Assembly (NCBI GenBank): GCA_016748015.1
Contig: JAAOMT010000128.1
Location: 937,538-1,001,537, forward strand
Direction of reading: 5' to 3'
Source of the DNA: Geosiphon pyriformis uo1
Lineage: Eukaryota; Fungi; Glomeromycota
DNA: 64,000 nucleotides
The notes beneath the pieces are model-generated. The model did no database searches. It was not told where the DNA came from and saw only the letters and a program-made list of their open reading frames with translations. The translations under genes and the position numbers were made by a program. Positions 63,901-64,000 of this stretch are shown in pieces (the stretch's first letter is position 1; each line of letters starts with the position of its first letter).

Positions 63901-64000
63901 ATGTTGTTCCACATTTCTTCATCAGATAAAATAGTTCCACAGACAAAACACAGTTTATTGTCTCATTTTTTTTGCCATTTTGGTCATCCAAAGCATTCTA
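60987..64000 (-). pseudogene. G4 polyprotein 3' part (Cys-rich, dUTPase, RT, RNase H)
   Basis: GIIDAEY/KIAQ/RGIQGF; MPFGLMNAPATFQ, IYLD; ITDASG. Confidence 0.9.

Larger units (their letters stand above)
58132..64000 (-). mobile_element. G4: Ty3/Gypsy element with dUTPase; 5' half lies beyond the window
   Basis: 3' LTR 58132-58871, PPT, ORF3, IN, RH, RT, dUTPase and Cys-rich region in the same order as G1-G3. Confidence 0.93.

Overview
AT-rich eukaryotic DNA made entirely of decayed, nested retrotransposons. I see no host genes, RNA genes or CRISPR arrays. The element style suggests a Glomeromycotina-type fungus such as Geosiphon, but that is a recollection-based guess. Contents: (a) three full-length LINEs (ORF1 RRM/CCHC; ORF2 APE-RT-RNase H-CCHC; ORF1/ORF2 joined by an ATGA stop-start overlap); (b) one ~2.3 kb ORF1-only, non-autonomous LINE derivative that keeps the ~130-nt 3' tail of the autonomous LINEs; (c) four diverged Ty3/Gypsy LTR elements G1-G4 (three complete and nested in the non-LTR elements with 4-bp TSDs, one cut by the window end); (d) two solo LTRs. 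The main discovery candidate is an architecture shared by the Gypsy families. One Gag-PR-Cys-rich-dUTPase-RT-RNase H frame apparently starts at a conserved GTG and stops exactly 4 codons after the RNase H LSR motif. A stand-alone integrase ORF with its own Met-Asn start follows, then a third conserved soluble ~220-aa ORF of unknown function that ends in the PPT. A covarying hairpin with a palindromic loop sits in the LTRs. The repeats show heavy C>T/G>A decay. One LTR contains a Tn5/Nextera adapter, which is an assembly artefact.
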